From Dicyema japonicum (lineage: Eukaryota; Animalia; Dicyemida): a stretch of DNA of 64,000 bases. The DNA is taken from the NCBI GenBank assembly GCA_011109175.1, contig RDEW01000070.1, forward strand, positions 1-64,000, read 5' to 3'. Position numbers and translations under genes: made by a program. The notes below the pieces were generated by a model. It made no database searches and had not been told where the DNA came from. It saw nothing but the letters and a program-made list of their open reading frames with translations. Numbering within the stretch: the stretch's first letter is position 1; every line of letters starts with the position of its first letter. Of the stretch, positions 37,900 through 51,601 are shown one piece after another.

Positions 37900-38330
37900 A
37901 AGAAAAATATATCGGAACAAAAACGAGATGAAGGCTTCGCAACTCTTTCGTTCTCCCAGTCTTAACATACAATCATGAGACTTTGAGCATATGAGACTGA
38001 ACTCATTCCACATATATCAACTCCGACAAATATTTGGAATTCATTGGCCAAGGAAAATAACTACCTTAAACAATATTATATTGCCAGAAATTATCTTCCG
38101 ATATAAAAGTGGGAAGATAGGAAATGTTGTACATTGATACTCAGTCAAATGGATGCGTACTTCAACACCATGGAATCAGTTGCTTTCGTGGGAGACAGAC
38201 GACTACCTAACCCATATATCTGAATAAGGAATTCTCAAAACTGGTTCTGAGGATGTGGTAGAGGCATTTCCGTCAGACATGAACTAGTCTTTCATAACCC
38301 AGTTGGTATGGTGGTCACGTAGCTCCATTG
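37900..38330 (+). mobile_element. RTE-like LINE RT C-terminal fragment
   Basis: RLRNSFVLPVLTYNHETL and SCFRGRQTTT.P..LNKEF, the same family as 20700-21460. Confidence 0.5.
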
Positions 38331-38429
38331 ACTCCGTTTACTAGATATTCTAAATGATTTACCTTTATCCTTTTTTCGATAAAAAGTAATCAATTTTAAA
38401 AATAACGTTAAAGTATAATTTTACGCCAA

Positions 38430-38735
38430 ACACCGATGTACTCAAACGGGTGGAGACGGACATTTCGCTTGAAGGAAGAATCGTAAAACACAGATTGGCG
38501 TTTTTTGGGCATGTTGTCCGCTCTGACTCCCTGGAAAGAACCATTATGCTGAGCAATATTACTGGGAAGAGAAGACCTGGTCGACCGAGGACTCGGTGGC
38601 TATCCACGGTGGAGGACGTCACGGTAATGCCTTTATCAAGGCTACTCAAAATTGCGACGGAAAGGTGAGAGTGAGGAAGTTGTTCATGAGATCTCCAAGG
38701 GTCGGACACGACTTAATTGGATAACATAACACAAC
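38430..38735 (+). mobile_element. RTE (BovB-like) LINE 3' end with short-repeat tail
   Basis: RLAFFGHVVRSDSLERTIMLSNITGKRRPGRPRTRWL, then GGTCGGACACGACTTAA and a (CATAA/CACAA)n-like tail. Confidence 0.8.
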
Positions 38736-38754
38736 ATAATCATTTTAATAAAAA

Positions 38755-39490
38755 TTAAAAAAAAGGAAATATAATAAAAAAACGAATGTTAATTGAGGAA
38801 GCCTGCTGCGTGGATCGCGAATGAGTTCCCTCAGAGTAAGGCCACTCCAATCTTTGTCTTAACCAGAACCATTCTCGTTGATCCTTTTCTTTGGCAAGCA
38901 TTCCTCCAAGTTCGCACAAGAACTCAGCCGTCATTGAACCAATGGCTCCTGATGACTCGACCGCAACAGAATTAAAGCGGTACCGTTCTCCGAGGCAAGA
39001 ATATTTGTTGATTTTTAGGTTTTCCTCAATTGAAGCGTCAGCTCCAAGTGTCTGAACCGATTTAAGGAGGTTTGTGCTTGAATACGTATCAACACAAGTT
39101 GCGTCCCAGACCAAGGATCTTCCAGATGTGTAAGGGAAAAGGGTCATCCCGTCAAGTCTTTTTCCATCTCATCGATCGAGACCTACTGGTTCAAGCTGTG
39201 ATGGGAAGCCTGTAGCCTTCAAAGCTCTGACGATCACATCGTTCAGAGCAGCGTGGCGTGGTCCGCTTCTTCTGCAGGACAGCGGGTGCAATCCGTTTGC
39301 ATCGACTATTTTCTCGCAGCGGCATCGGTGCTCCTGGCAAACATCCAGTCCTATCCTTTGTCCGATTCCAATCCTTAAAGATTCGTCCTCCAAAAGAGTC
39401 CCTAGATTTGGGCAAGGTTTGCACCAAGCTATGCCTGATCAGATGTAATTTCTGAATTAATGAAGCTACCACCAATGAAAAATCAACCAT
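38755..39490 (-). mobile_element. CRE-clade retrotransposon C-terminal region (CCHC plus restriction-like endonuclease)
   Basis: CRCEKIVDANGLHPLSC...RHAALNDVIVRAL...EPVGLDR, then RSLVWDATCVDTY, YRFNSVAVESSG and WFWLRQRL. Confidence 0.85.
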
Positions 39491-40036
39491 GAAACATCAG
39501 CAAAATCCCTAGACCACCGAGAAAGAAAAATCATTAATTCAGTCACATTACTAAAACTCAATGACCAGCAAAAACAGAATACCATCGAAGAAAGATTAGC
39601 AAACTAATGGGATACTAAGAAAGTAGGCGTTAAGACCAACTAATTATGTGATCCCCACAATTTCCGGACACACCCCGAAGGGTCCACAAGCAATCTAATA
39701 GTTTTCCGTAAATTTATTATTATTTATTGCCCCAGAATCACTGGGAAAAAAAGAGACATTTCCTAACTGACATAGTTATCTCAGATTGACAAGGCGGAGG
39801 TACAAATTGGGAAGGGAATTTTTTCTGTATGTTACATTTTCTAAAATTAAAATATATCAAAATTTAAATTTCAAATCAATATAATATTGAATACAAAATA
39901 ACTGTCACTTGTTTGCAAAAAAATGGGTCGTGACAAGTCTAGCAATTTTAATGAGACGGGCTTAAAATGCTACCAGCAAATTTATTGAATAATTAAATTT
40001 TATATAAATAAAATTTAAGCAAAAAATAGTGTTCAC

Positions 40037-40715
40037 ATGAATGTAAGGATAATTAATCAAATAGACTATTTGTTGCAAATGTGGAGAATCCATAAATTCA
40101 GAAACTAAATTATTAGTCGACAACAAATTCTGGCATTGCAAATGTCTAAGATGTTCCACGTGCGGATGTGAACTTGAAAACTCAGATACCTGCTTTATTA
40201 GAGATGAGCACGTGTACTGCCATAAAGATTATTCAAGGTATAAATCTGTCTAATTAGGCTATTAACGAGAAAGTGTGAAAAATGCTTTTGAATTTGAAGA
40301 CTGGAGATTGGATTCGACAAAGTGGGACCATTTGTACCATTTGGCGTGCTTTTCGTGCGGAATTTGTGATCACCTCTTTTCCACTGGGGAAAGTTATTAT
40401 TACTTCGACAACAAGATATTCTGTGTTAAAGATTACTTTTCTCATAAAAATTCAAAACGTAATTTTGGCTATAATTTAAGAAAAGGAAAAAATCGAGGAC
40501 AATCTTTTCTGAGGAACAAACTGAAATACTTCAGCATTATTTTCTATTTAATCAAAATCCGAATTGCGATGAATTGGATTACATATCTAAGAAGGCCAAA
40601 CTCCCAAGGAGAGTTTCACGGGTATTATTTATAATTACACAAACAGGTTTGGTTTCAAAATTCGAGGGCTCGGTTAAAAAAGATGAAAGTTGAAAATATA
40701 AATTATTTTTATTAA
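40037..40715 (+). CDS. LIM-homeobox transcription factor, Lhx6/8 (Arrowhead) type; three 1-nt frameshifts in this assembly
   Basis: Introns at 40043-40064 (22 nt), 40238-40257 (20 nt) and 40622-40646 (25 nt). LIM1 is CCKC..WHCKCLRCSTC..CHKDY, LIM2 is CEKC..DWIR..YHLACFSCGIC..STGE..CVKDY, and the homeodomain is KRKKSRTIFSEEQ..RRVSRVWFQNSRARLKK. Confidence 0.85.
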
Positions 40716-43149
40716 ATTTAAATGATAATATTTTTTAATTTTAATAAATAAAATTTAGAAAAACATAATGTAAAACATCATTATATTTATGGGACACCCA
40801 GAACAGATTGTGGGTTACTCCTCGTGGTCACAAGGACAATTTCTTGGGAGAATTCTTGCGTCATTCGTGCTTTTTCTGCAAGAACGCCCCTAGGAAACGC
40901 CTAGAATATCTAACTGACGATTACGTGGTTGTTAACGCTGTCAATCATGTCTCGATTAGTTGTGAACTAAATTCTCCATACCGATGCTTACTTGGTTAAA
41001 AAATTCCTACTAATTCGTGCGTTGTTTTAATTCTACGAGGCGTAACGTGATTCATTTTTCTTGTAAGACGCGAATAGTCTGCGTCCAAAAAGTATCTTCT
41101 CAATACACGACGAAAAGAGTCGCCACAACTCGCAGTGTGAGCTAGATATACCCTTTTGGGTGTTAGTTAACTCTTTACTTCTTCTGGCATACCCTGACCA
41201 TTAGCGGCTACCGTTTTCGAAACCTCTAAAGCGATTAAGTGCATGAAAGAATGAGTCTTCAACGAAATCAGAAATTGGATTACGGCGTAAGTCAGAGACC
41301 CTAACTAACAAAAATCGGCTTTCACGGCATCTTGGCAATCTCCGCTGTCTTTTGCGGATGAAGTATGACTTTTACCCATTCTATCGATTTTTTGTTAAAA
41401 TTTTTTTATATTATTTACTTTTATTAGCAGATTTCTTCTGATATAATTATTAAATTTTTACTGGCTCATTGACCAAGTCAGTCAAAGTGACATCATTGCG
41501 TCATCACTCAACGCAGTTTGAACTTTATGAACAAAAATATGTTTCTTAAACATCCAAAAAAATATAAAAATGTATTAGAATTTTGAAAAAAAACAAAAAC
41601 ATGAAAAATGTCAAATTACTTTACATCGATTTTCCTAAAAATATGGAGACATGGCAAAAAGTATAGTAGTTGAACTAAATCGACTAAATGTCACGTGCTT
41701 AGTTTTTTATTTCTTATATTTAGGAAATTGGTAATTTATAGGACTTTAGCATTTGTAAGTGTATTTTCTTGCTACTGCTAATCAACATAATTCAATTGAG
41801 AGCGCATTCTCACAACGATTCGTGTGAAAATGGGTTTAGTGTATTTTAAAGCAGAAAGGGAATAATCCTACTGACTCACTGTGTAGTTGAGATTTTCATT
41901 ATTTTATCAGCAACAGTAATGACTTTTTCAGAAGGAAGTGACGTGGCTAATTTGTTATTGTCCAATAATTGAGGAAAATATACATAAGGCAGAAGATACA
42001 GGAGGAAGAAACTTCTTCCATTTAATGATACGAAGATACTTTGTGATGACATGCTTCTATTGGCTGTCTACACGTATATCCAGTGATTCACTGTGGACTC
42101 GGACTAAACCAACTTGATGCATGAGCGACAGGATTGGTGTAAATCCAAATACGCCTAACCGACCAATGTATTTCCAGTTTTATAGTCATTATTATTATTA
42201 TTATTTAAGCCAAAGAAACACCGTCTTAACCAATAACTAATATTCAGGTGATCCCGGCATCTTCTCAATAATCGGGCCATTTTTTCTCGATGCTCCGACT
42301 GTGATCCCACGCATTTTCTATACGGACGGGGGTCTTTTTCCTTTTCTCTTCAGAAAAGTTTATAGTCATTAAAATGTTAGTGCACCACAGCCTTAAAGGG
42401 TGGCAAAAGATCTATTTGAATTGGACGACTTTTACTCGGCATTATCGGAAAATACAATCAATACGAGTTGTCCTCACTGATATTTTTCAATCGTTCCAGA
42501 AAATGACTAAAAACACTGAAAAAAAGTTTAGATCAGCAGATGAGTTTGATTTATTAATAATTGGGGAGCTGAAAGCTGATTTAAAATTGTGTTTTGCTGC
42601 ACATGCGTGGTTATAAGAATTATGGCTCTCGGAAGTGCTTGTAAAAATCGCTACAAATGAATAGAGAAAATAAAGATCCAAGTGAACAGGGACATTCTTT
42701 GCTGCGCATGTTTTCTTGTGTTGCTCTATTATGTACACTCACAAGTTACCCCAGTAATTTTTGGTGGATGGTTGAGATGGTGACGTACCCCTATTGAGTT
42801 AAATATCTTTATCTTCTCAGTGACTTATACTCAGAACACATTCTCGTTGTGTGGGTGGGCGAAATAATAGAGTCGGGAGACAGGACATACAGTGTTTTCA
42901 AGCAAATAACCGTCGGAGTGGGACAAAATATAGAGAAACTTGGACAAATCTGCCCTGATGAGAAATTATCTAGTAATCAATTCCAGAACGTATGCAATAA
43001 TATATATTGATCCGTGTCATGTAATCTTCTTATACAAGAAATCAAGTGAAAATGTGCTCACATATGAGAGAAGTTGAATTAAATTATGTTTTCCTGTGAT
43101 AAGTGCCTGAAATCCGATACTTAAGGAAACCTATCACTTAAAACCAAGA

Positions 43150-43325
43150 CACCCATCGTAGTTGAGACAACTGGAGGAATAAGCTGGAAATCCTCAAGAA
43201 GCTGGGACGTCTGGCTACAGTCAAAAGCCACAAGGCATGTGAGACTCAGTGGCTTTTCCGGTTGATCTCCCTCGCAATCGTGAGAGGTAACACAACGTCG
43301 GTTATGTTGGCGGGGACTATTTTTG
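43150..43325 (+). mobile_element. CRE-like 3' terminal fragment (second subfamily), copy 1
   Basis: PIVVETTGG..KLGRLA...CETQWLFRLISLAIVRGN. The nucleotide sequence matches 45315-45495. Confidence 0.65.
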
Positions 43326-45314
43326 ATTAATTTTTTTAATTTAAATTGTAATTTTATTAAAAGAAATTATTTATAAATGAATAGTTACTGCTTATTTTTT
43401 TCATCGGAAGTATCATCAGTTTCTTTCTGAAGATCCGAATCTTAGTGGATCACTGAAGTCGTAGACGTCAGTAAAGATTCCATTGTTATTAACACTTTCG
43501 TTATTTGGTTTGAATGTTCGAGAATTTTTTTGTGATAAAAGTCTTTGAGACCAACAATGTGGGGATGAGAACATCCATATTGTATCGGTCTCTTGGGAAG
43601 ACAACCTCGTCTCTGATATATATGAGGTATTTGTGAAAATCCGGAAAATACTTTTCATCGTAGATTTCCACGATCGAATATAAAAAACTTATGAGATCTT
43701 CTTGTTTAATCAGACTCAGCCTCTTTTTATAGTCGCATTTCTCTAAGTAAAATTCAACATTTTCATGTTCAGGGTCATAGCTTTCTACGGATTCTTCTTC
43801 TGACTCTGGATCACCATAAATGGCTAAAACGTCATTTCTGTCACAAACCGTTAAGCTGTTCCTGCAAGTGCTTCTTCCTCATTCAAGCAAATACGCCTGT
43901 TTGCGTACTAATATTTAATTTTTACGTAAAATGCGTCGATTTGCGGAATTGCTACAATCATCGGAGGAAGTAAAAAACTGGAGTTGTCAAACTTTAAGCG
44001 CGCTGGTTTTGAATAAATTCACTTAGAAAAAAACATACAATAATTATTACTGATAATCGATTGTTTATTAAGTTTTAAATCCACGTAATATATCAATATT
44101 GATTTTTAAGTTTTAGGGGGAGGTAAATTGAATCCTTTGTTTGACCTACTGTGATAGACTCACACACAAGCAAAAAGAACAAAAAGTCAATAACATTCAA
44201 AATGCCTTGGATTAATTAGTATGGCTGTTCTTACTTCTTCAATAAAGTGTGAGCTCTGCCTAAGCTGAGGTTTACTACTCCTTGGCGGCAGGCTGTATTC
44301 TATTCTACTGTGATAGAAAGGTGTGAGGCAATCGACATTACAGTCGCTAGTAGGAAGCGTTCGCACGTGCAATGAATAGGTTCGATAATTTAGAAAGTTT
44401 CAATAATCTGGTCATATTTTATGAATAAAATATTCATGATAAATACATTTGAAGATTCTTTACCAGATTTAAGAAAACTCAGGGAGAGGAACGGAGACTT
44501 CGAGATAAATTGGCCTGAGGCAAAAGAGATGTGTTATGTAAATAACCCAGAATCATATTCTAATACTCATGAATGACTTTGTTCATAAAGACCACAAGTA
44601 AAGATCAGAATTATATAAATATGTGATCTTGATAAGCCCCACTAGGGACTTCAACTTGGCTCAGTGTCCCTTCCTCGACTCCCTTGGTCATAGTGTTACA
44701 GTCTCCCTGAACTATTCAGAAAGTTTGACCTAGATGCTTCAAGAATTCAGTTATTAAAGATTGGATCTTTTTAGCGACAATTATTAAGATCAATGGGGGT
44801 ACATCACTTTTAGAAGTTACAACTCTAAACAGGAAGGGGAGACTATGTCCACAATCCAAGCAAAAATGATATCAGACCAAGACGTTGGTCATTCGATCTG
44901 GATATTTTCATTATTTCGGTACATAAACTCAGATATTATACATATATTATCTACAGATCAGCAACCACTAGCACACATTTTTTATTGTAGGTTTTGATTG
45001 GTTTAAAAATTCCGGATATACTTGGATAAGGTAACAGTCAATTAACGTCTATTTAAGGCATGTATGTGTGAGGACATTGAAACCCTCTTCCTTTGTCCAT
45101 TTCCAAGGCAAAGAAAACCAACTGTTAAAAAGTTCCCCTATCCAATTGGATTCCTCTGCAGGAATGAGAGAAGACTCTTTCATACGGTAGTGGGACAATA
45201 TAGACCACAGACGTTGGACGGCGCAGTTGACTGGGATTACCAAACTGTTTGATGTTTTTATGTCTTTCTTTTCCGGTGATCCCAGGGTTCAAAATAAATA
45301 AATATCGCGTTTTT

Positions 45315-45495
45315 ATCCGATAGTGGTCGAGACAACTGGAGGAATAAGTGGAAAATCGCTTCGCTTCCTAAAGGAAACTTGGACGCTTAGCTACACTAAA
45401 AAGCCACGACGCACGTGAGACCCGGTGGCTACTCCAGTTGATCTCTGTTGCAATCGTGAGAGGCAACGCAACGTCGATAATGTCCGGCGGGGTCC
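45315..45495 (+). mobile_element. CRE-like 3' terminal fragment (second subfamily), copy 2
   Basis: PIVVETTGG...CETRWLLQLISVAIVRGN, aligning with 43150-43325. Confidence 0.65.
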
Positions 45496-45879
45496 ACTTT
45501 GGATGGATGGCAGTTTTAAATTGCTTTACTGGGATAAATTAACTGATTATTTTTTCTAAAATGAATAAATAAATCCAGTTCCCACGGACTCATTAAGATA
45601 CGTTTTTTTGTAAGCATCATATCCCTCCATATTCGCGATTGCTTGCACCCCTCCTCAGGATATTAACTTTTGGTATGTACAAACATCACACGTGCGTTAG
45701 ATTGTAATGAAAGTCAATTAAGGATCAATTCGAACAATCAAGCTATTTTGTAAATATTGGCATGAAACCAAATGTATACTAAAAATAAATATTATTAGTC
45801 TTATTTTGCATTACAAAACAATGCAACGTGGTTGCCTACTATAAAATGGGCGATTTAGTCAGCATGCTTAGTAGTAGGG

Positions 45880-46112
45880 AAGGAAATTACATGAAAGCCT
45901 CTCCGAGGAAGAGAATAGCCTTGTCAGGCCGGTTAAAATAGATATCGAAGCAAGGTTGGGAAACCAGCTTCTCAATACGTACTAAATGGACGACTAAAAT
46001 GGAGATGGGATACGTGTGAAGTGTCCAGGCCGCAAAGGCGGACACGTTAAAATCCCTTTAATTGACTCCTTACTTACTTTGGAATAAATTTGATTTGATT
46101 TGATTTGATTTG
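45880..46112 (+). mobile_element. LINE 3' end with (TTTGA)n tail, probably RTE
   Basis: Ends GGAATAAATTTGATTTGATTTGATTTGATTTGA. Upstream traces read ..SVQAAKAD. Confidence 0.45.
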
Positions 46113-46115
46113 AGC

Positions 46116-46526
46116 ATGCTTAGTAATGCCCGCGCATATCGAAGTAAAAAAACAAGCTCTACGTAGGAACCTTAGCGGTTTGAACATTGTATTAATTTAT
46201 TAAATATATTAAAGGAGACATTGGAGGAAGATCTGGTACGATTCTTCGATTTTTACGGTCATCGACCAGTTATTCGCCTAATAATAAATACATATTATAA
46301 CTTTCGCGGGTTATTTCGAAAATTATTTTAGATATGCTTTTGCCGAATTTCCGACGGAAAATGATGCGGCCGAAGTGATAAAAAAACATGAAGTTAATAA
46401 CAATTTATTATTATAGGATTGTAAAATTGATTTAAAGGGAGACAGATCATTATTAACTACGCAAAAAGATCTGGTTTTCTTGAATTTATTATATTTTTAG
46501 CTCCAAGAATATCACATAACAACTAA
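46116..46526 (+). CDS. Small single-RRM RNA-binding protein; 4 introns; two 1-nt frameshifts in this assembly
   Basis: Introns at 46178-46214 (37 nt), 46310-46331 (22 nt), 46393-46416 (24 nt) and 46474-46500 (27 nt). RNP2 is KLYVGTL, RNP1 is RGYAFAEF, and the C-terminal strand is GRQIIINYAK. Confidence 0.8.
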
Positions 46527-46947
46527 CTAAACATGAAACTTTTACTGACAAGAAATATTTTTAATAAAATTATATTTAAATTTTTATTTTTATAAAAATA
46601 AATTAAAATAATTTAATGATAAATTGAGGTGTAATACGTTGATTTAAAATCTATACAACTTTTATATATTACAGTAGTATTTGTTATCCTAGTGTCAATT
46701 TGTACGGAGTGATAATGTGATAGCCTTCCTTATTGCACAGAATATCTACTTAGTTTCATGGTGGACTAATCTCTTAGCTACATCGTTTCTAGAGCACAGA
46801 CAAGATGACTTACTCTAGAGATGGCGAAAACCCAAAGTTTGACAAGGATGGAGGAAGAATCATGATTTGAATCCTGTTTAGCCTAAAATTTAAACAACAT
46901 GAGGATCGCTTATCCTAGGTTGCAGTATAGGTTAATATGATTCTATC

Positions 46948-48718
46948 GTGTCCATTCAAAATGGCCTCTTTCAAAATGGCCTCCATTCAAAATGGCCTCC
47001 AATTAATTTTTTCAGGTTTTGGATAAGTTCATCAATAAACATTCACGAGATTTTAGCGAAACGACATCTTTAGGTAAAAAAGTCATCTTATTTAAATCTT
47101 ATAAAAATTGATTTTAAGGGTCCTATGGGTAAGTGAACATTTTACCAAGGTCCTCGACATCTTTAGGTAAAAAAGTCATCTTTTTTTAAATCTTATAAAA
47201 ATGGATTTTAAGAAGTCCTATGGGTAAGTGGAACATTTTACCAAGGTCCTTCAACCCTATGATTTTAAGATACTAATTGACTTTGGAATGATTTAGAACC
47301 AAGAGTTATTGTCTCAGATTTTGAAAAAGGAGCAATATACTCTTTTCAAAAATCATTTCCAAACGCACGGATAAATTGCTGCATGTTCCATCTAGGACAA
47401 AATATTAATAAAAAAAATATTGGAACTTAGGAATTTTCAACGACATAAATAATGAAGATATAAATAGGTTAAATGTGATTTAAAATTAACGATAGATTTG
47501 TAACACTGTTGAAATGCCTCTCCTTTATTCCTACACATACTGTAAAGAACACTTTTGATTGGATAGTGTCGAGATCCAGATTTTCCTGTGATTCTAACTC
47601 CATCTATATCAATATTTCTGATCCATTATATCGGAAATCAAGAAAATGGATTAATTTCCAAGATTTCCAATTAATTATTGGAATAATCTGATAATCTATA
47701 TGAGGATTACCTCGGACAAATAACTCCATTGAAGGCTGGCACAAACGTTTTTAGAAGTACATTTGGGACACTAAAGAAGACGCCAAGAAATTTTGTAAAG
47801 AAAGTGATAAAAGAAGAAGCATAATGATTAAATTCTTAAGATTACAAAATGGAGAAAAAATTCTTAGAAAAACTAAATATATCGCTTTATCTGAGAATAT
47901 ATTGAGATTTGTTCAAGAACAATATTAACTTAATATGGATCCGACAGAATATATATTCAATTTAGTAGAATATGTATTCTATTAACATTTATAATCATTT
48001 TCCTTTTTTTCTTTTGAAAATAAATCTTTCATTTTAAAGTTATATAAAAATATTTAAAAAGATGACTTTTTTAGCTAAAGATGTCGAGGACCTTGGTAAA
48101 ATCAATTTTTTATAAGATTTAAAAAGATGACTTTTTTACCTAAAGATGTCGAGGACCTTGGTAAATCAATTTTTATAAAATTTAAAAGATGACTTTTTTA
48201 CCTAAAGATGTCGAGGACCTTCGGTAAAATTCAATTTTTTATAAGATTTAAAAAGATGACTTTTTTACCTAAAGATGTCGAGGACCTTGGTAAAATCAAT
48301 TTTTATAAGATTTTAAAGATGACTTTTTTACCTAAAGATGTCGAGGACCTTGGTTAAAATCAATTTTTATAAGATTTAAAAAAGATGACTTTTTTACCTA
48401 AAGATGTCGAGGAGCTTGGTAAAATCAATTTTTATAAGATTTTAAAGATGACTTTTTTACCTAAAGATGTCGAGGACCTTGGTAAATCAATTTTTATAAG
48501 ATTTAAAAAGATGACTTTTTTACCTAAAGATGTCGAGGACCTTGGTAAAATATCTCGTGATGTCTATTGATGAACTTATCCAAAACCTATGAAATTTAAT
48601 TGGAGGACATTTTGAATAGAGACCATTTTGAATGGAGGATATTTTGAATAGAGACCATTTGAATGGAGGACATTTTGAATAGAGGCCATTTTGAAAGAGG
48701 CCATTTTGAATGGGAACC
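46948..48718 (+). mobile_element. MULE (Mutator-like) DNA transposon with foldback-type long TIRs and decayed transposase
   Basis: Inverted ends carry CCATTCAAAATGGCCT / AGGCCATTTTGAATGG repeats. Flanking duplication is GATTCTAT(C/G) at 46939-46947 and 48719-48727. Transposase motifs VIVSDFEKGAI..F..A.INCCMFHLGQ and LPRTNNSIEGWH are present. Confidence 0.9.
48050..48550 (+). repeat. Tandem array of ~60 bp units inside the right TIR of the MULE
   Basis: About 8-9 copies of GATGACTTTTTTACCTAAAGATGTCGAGGACCTTGGTAAAATCAATTTTTATAAGATTTAAAAA. The left TIR has only ~2-3 inverted copies (47065-47250). Confidence 0.95.
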
Positions 48719-51601
48719 GATTCTATGTATGTTGTTACTAATAATACTATCTTAGGTTTTCAAAATTACAGATAAATCGAAGATGTCGCATTTAGAAGAT
48801 GTTTTTCACTACTTTTTGGCCCATCATGGTTCTATTCTTATGAAGCGAGAATTAATTAGTGAAAATTAATATTGTTACTGCGAATGTGAATAATAATGAT
48901 TTTTTATTTCATTCCAATAATGCCGCCAGTAGTGGTCAAATGGGATACCTCCATCAATGATCTTTGTTTAAAATCGAAGGTTTGCTATGTGTTTTGCTTT
49001 AGCATTTTTGCCTCATGTGAACTACCTGCCTCAAGGAGGTTCCCAGTGCCAGGAAGGTATCAATAAGATCATTTACTTTCCCCTACTCAATAGAGCATGT
49101 CTTGAAACAGTTCCCACTACAGTGTTATAAATGGAGGTATGTGCTCAGAAAGCCTAGTCATTCTGTTATTGTGATCGTGGGAACTGGCTGGTGATGAGAT
49201 CATTCAGTTTAATACAAAGTTCATTATGCACCCAATATATGACTAATCACCATCTAAGGCCACGTGGATGACAATTCTGGGAAAAACGATCCTAAATAAG
49301 TCAAAGACTTTCAATCCACTGCTATCAAAACTTAAAAAAAATTTAATTTCATTGACGTGACCGATTCACTTTGAGGGAATCTCACGAGGTCATATACAGA
49401 TAGTGCTTGGGATCCAATAATGAAGAACGTCGATCCCATAAAAAGAAGATAGACTATAAAGTTCCTCTAATTTTGTTCCATGTGATATTTGAACTTTACA
49501 TCAGACGCTACTTATGGAGACATGACATGACCGAAATCTTTAGAGCTATAGTTTCTCAAAAAGATCATTTTACCCCATATGTAGGAAATCCGCCTTTCAG
49601 AAATGTAACACGAATTTCATCTCTTTAATAAAAAATACAAACTCAGTCATAGATTTCAGGCTAAAAACAATAGTAAAGTCCACATTACAAAAATAAAAAG
49701 AGTACTCATTCTTGAGAGAATTACTCCAAAAATTATCTCGGATCCTTTATTTCAGTAGTCATTTCAGTTCCAGTAAAAATTATGTAAACAAAACTCTACA
49801 GATCTCTCATTCTCAACATAATGGAGAGGAAGCGAGAAATTAACTTTGATTATTCTTTACTGATGTCAATGGCAGTGCAACAACAAAATCTGACTTGACA
49901 GGGATGGTCACTTCCCTACGAATCAACTAAGAGTACTTTCCGTAGAACAACAGATAGTTAGACTCACTGCAACAACTGACGAAGGATTCCTCTGAACAGA
50001 TGCTATCTAAATTCTCAAGGTCATGACGGGTGATTCCAGAAGAACTACAATAAGGGACCAAAGACATCATAGTCGTTTCTGAGTGGTTCTTTAACCAGTC
50101 ATAGTCCCTTTTAGCTATTATCTCCTCAAGCAGTTTCAAAAAGACCCAGTATTCTATCCAATTCACATTTTTTGCTTGTTGTGATGTAAATGAAGTAAAT
50201 ACAACAAAGTAATTTTCAAATTTTATGAAATGATTGATTTTTATCTTTTACCATTGTGAAGGAGTGAAAATGTTCTGTCTCCACATTTAACTAAGGGAAG
50301 TGGCCAATAATTGAGCCCCGTCATCTTCCTATTTTTGTATTCTGGCTTAATCTGTTATTTGAGTCTCCAGGCTGGGCATCACTCACTCTTCTACGAAAAC
50401 TAAAGTAAGTGTGAAACTAAGACTTGACGGTCTGCTTGAAATCTATTTTTTGTAGAAAACCTACACTGGAAGATAATGATCCTGTTATTGGGCCATCACT
50501 CTAAAATAAAGGACTCAGGATATCTTCAAAAATTTCTAGAATTGAATAATCCAATCTTCCAACTACTCAAATCCACCAACAAGAGGTACATCTGTAGGAC
50601 TTTTACCATCCACGTATGAAAACTACAGAAAAATATTCTTTCTCCCAAAAACGAACCTGAACTGAAAGAATTCATTACTTCATGTTTATCCGAGTCACAC
50701 GGGCCCAAGGGGACATCAAAATATTGGATGCGGAATCCTGAGATCGGGATTTCATAATCGTTTTTTACGACCCATCAAAGTTGACTCTCCCGTATATGTT
50801 TTTGGCATTATCCATTTTTGGGTGGAAAAAAAGTATGAGTTCTCTTCACTTTCGTTTGACCACCATGACTACGTAAAAAATGAATAATATCTAGAAACGA
50901 CTTGACTTAGCGACTTGACAGTTATATATTAGGATGGGCACAACAAAGTATTTGTATATCATAAGTTTTATTTTTCCAAAAAGTCTTCTTCCCGAACTCC
51001 ATATTTTAGATAGGCTTCTGAAAGCACCAGATGCAAGGATTTTCCGTCGAGCTACTCCGACTGGTAAGTCAACATATTTCTTTTCAACATTCCGACTTTC
51101 ACGCTTTTAATGCATCTATAATCCGTACTTCTTACAGTATCAGGTTGAATAGAAGTTTGTTTCCAAATTTGAGAGTGGTACAGTAGTTGGTGGTATCGCC
51201 ACGTTTTTATCAGTTGTAGGTTCAATTCCTTAACTGCTCCCTTGACTTGGCCAAAGGATTTTTCAATTGCTCTGTGGATTTCAACTACCCAGTTCAGGAG
51301 ACTGCAATTGCTTGGTCAGTATCCGTTTAGGATATATATTTTCCTACCCCCACAGGAGGGGTTCTCAAACTGGGATTTTTTTTAGATTTTTTTACAACAA
51401 AAATGTATGCACAAAAAATCAATCTGTTGAAATCAGATGCACTATCGGTGACCCAGAAATAGCAATAGTTTGGTAGGGACAAAACACAGTTCCCAATGTC
51501 TCTGTTGGACAACAGACATAAGTAGACTCGATTGACTTTGTAGTATTTCTGAATAAGCAAATACACAAATAATAAATTCAAGCAAGAAATAAAAAATATA
51601 A

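Noticed and set aside
41740-41830. hAT dimerisation-domain-like trace (YFLATA..SIESAFS); similar weak hAT trace at 31550-31740
   Set aside because: Too short and degenerate to call, with no TIRs found.
48050-48550. Regular ~60-bp repeats as a CRISPR array or as the coding repeat in ORF 48385-48570
   Set aside because: There are no unique spacers, the context is eukaryotic, and the units are the subterminal repeats of the MULE TIR.
49330-49560. Merlin/ISXO2-like transposase trace (YTDSAW..; LYIRRYLWRH)
   Set aside because: Only a loose motif resemblance, with no DDE core or TIR identified.
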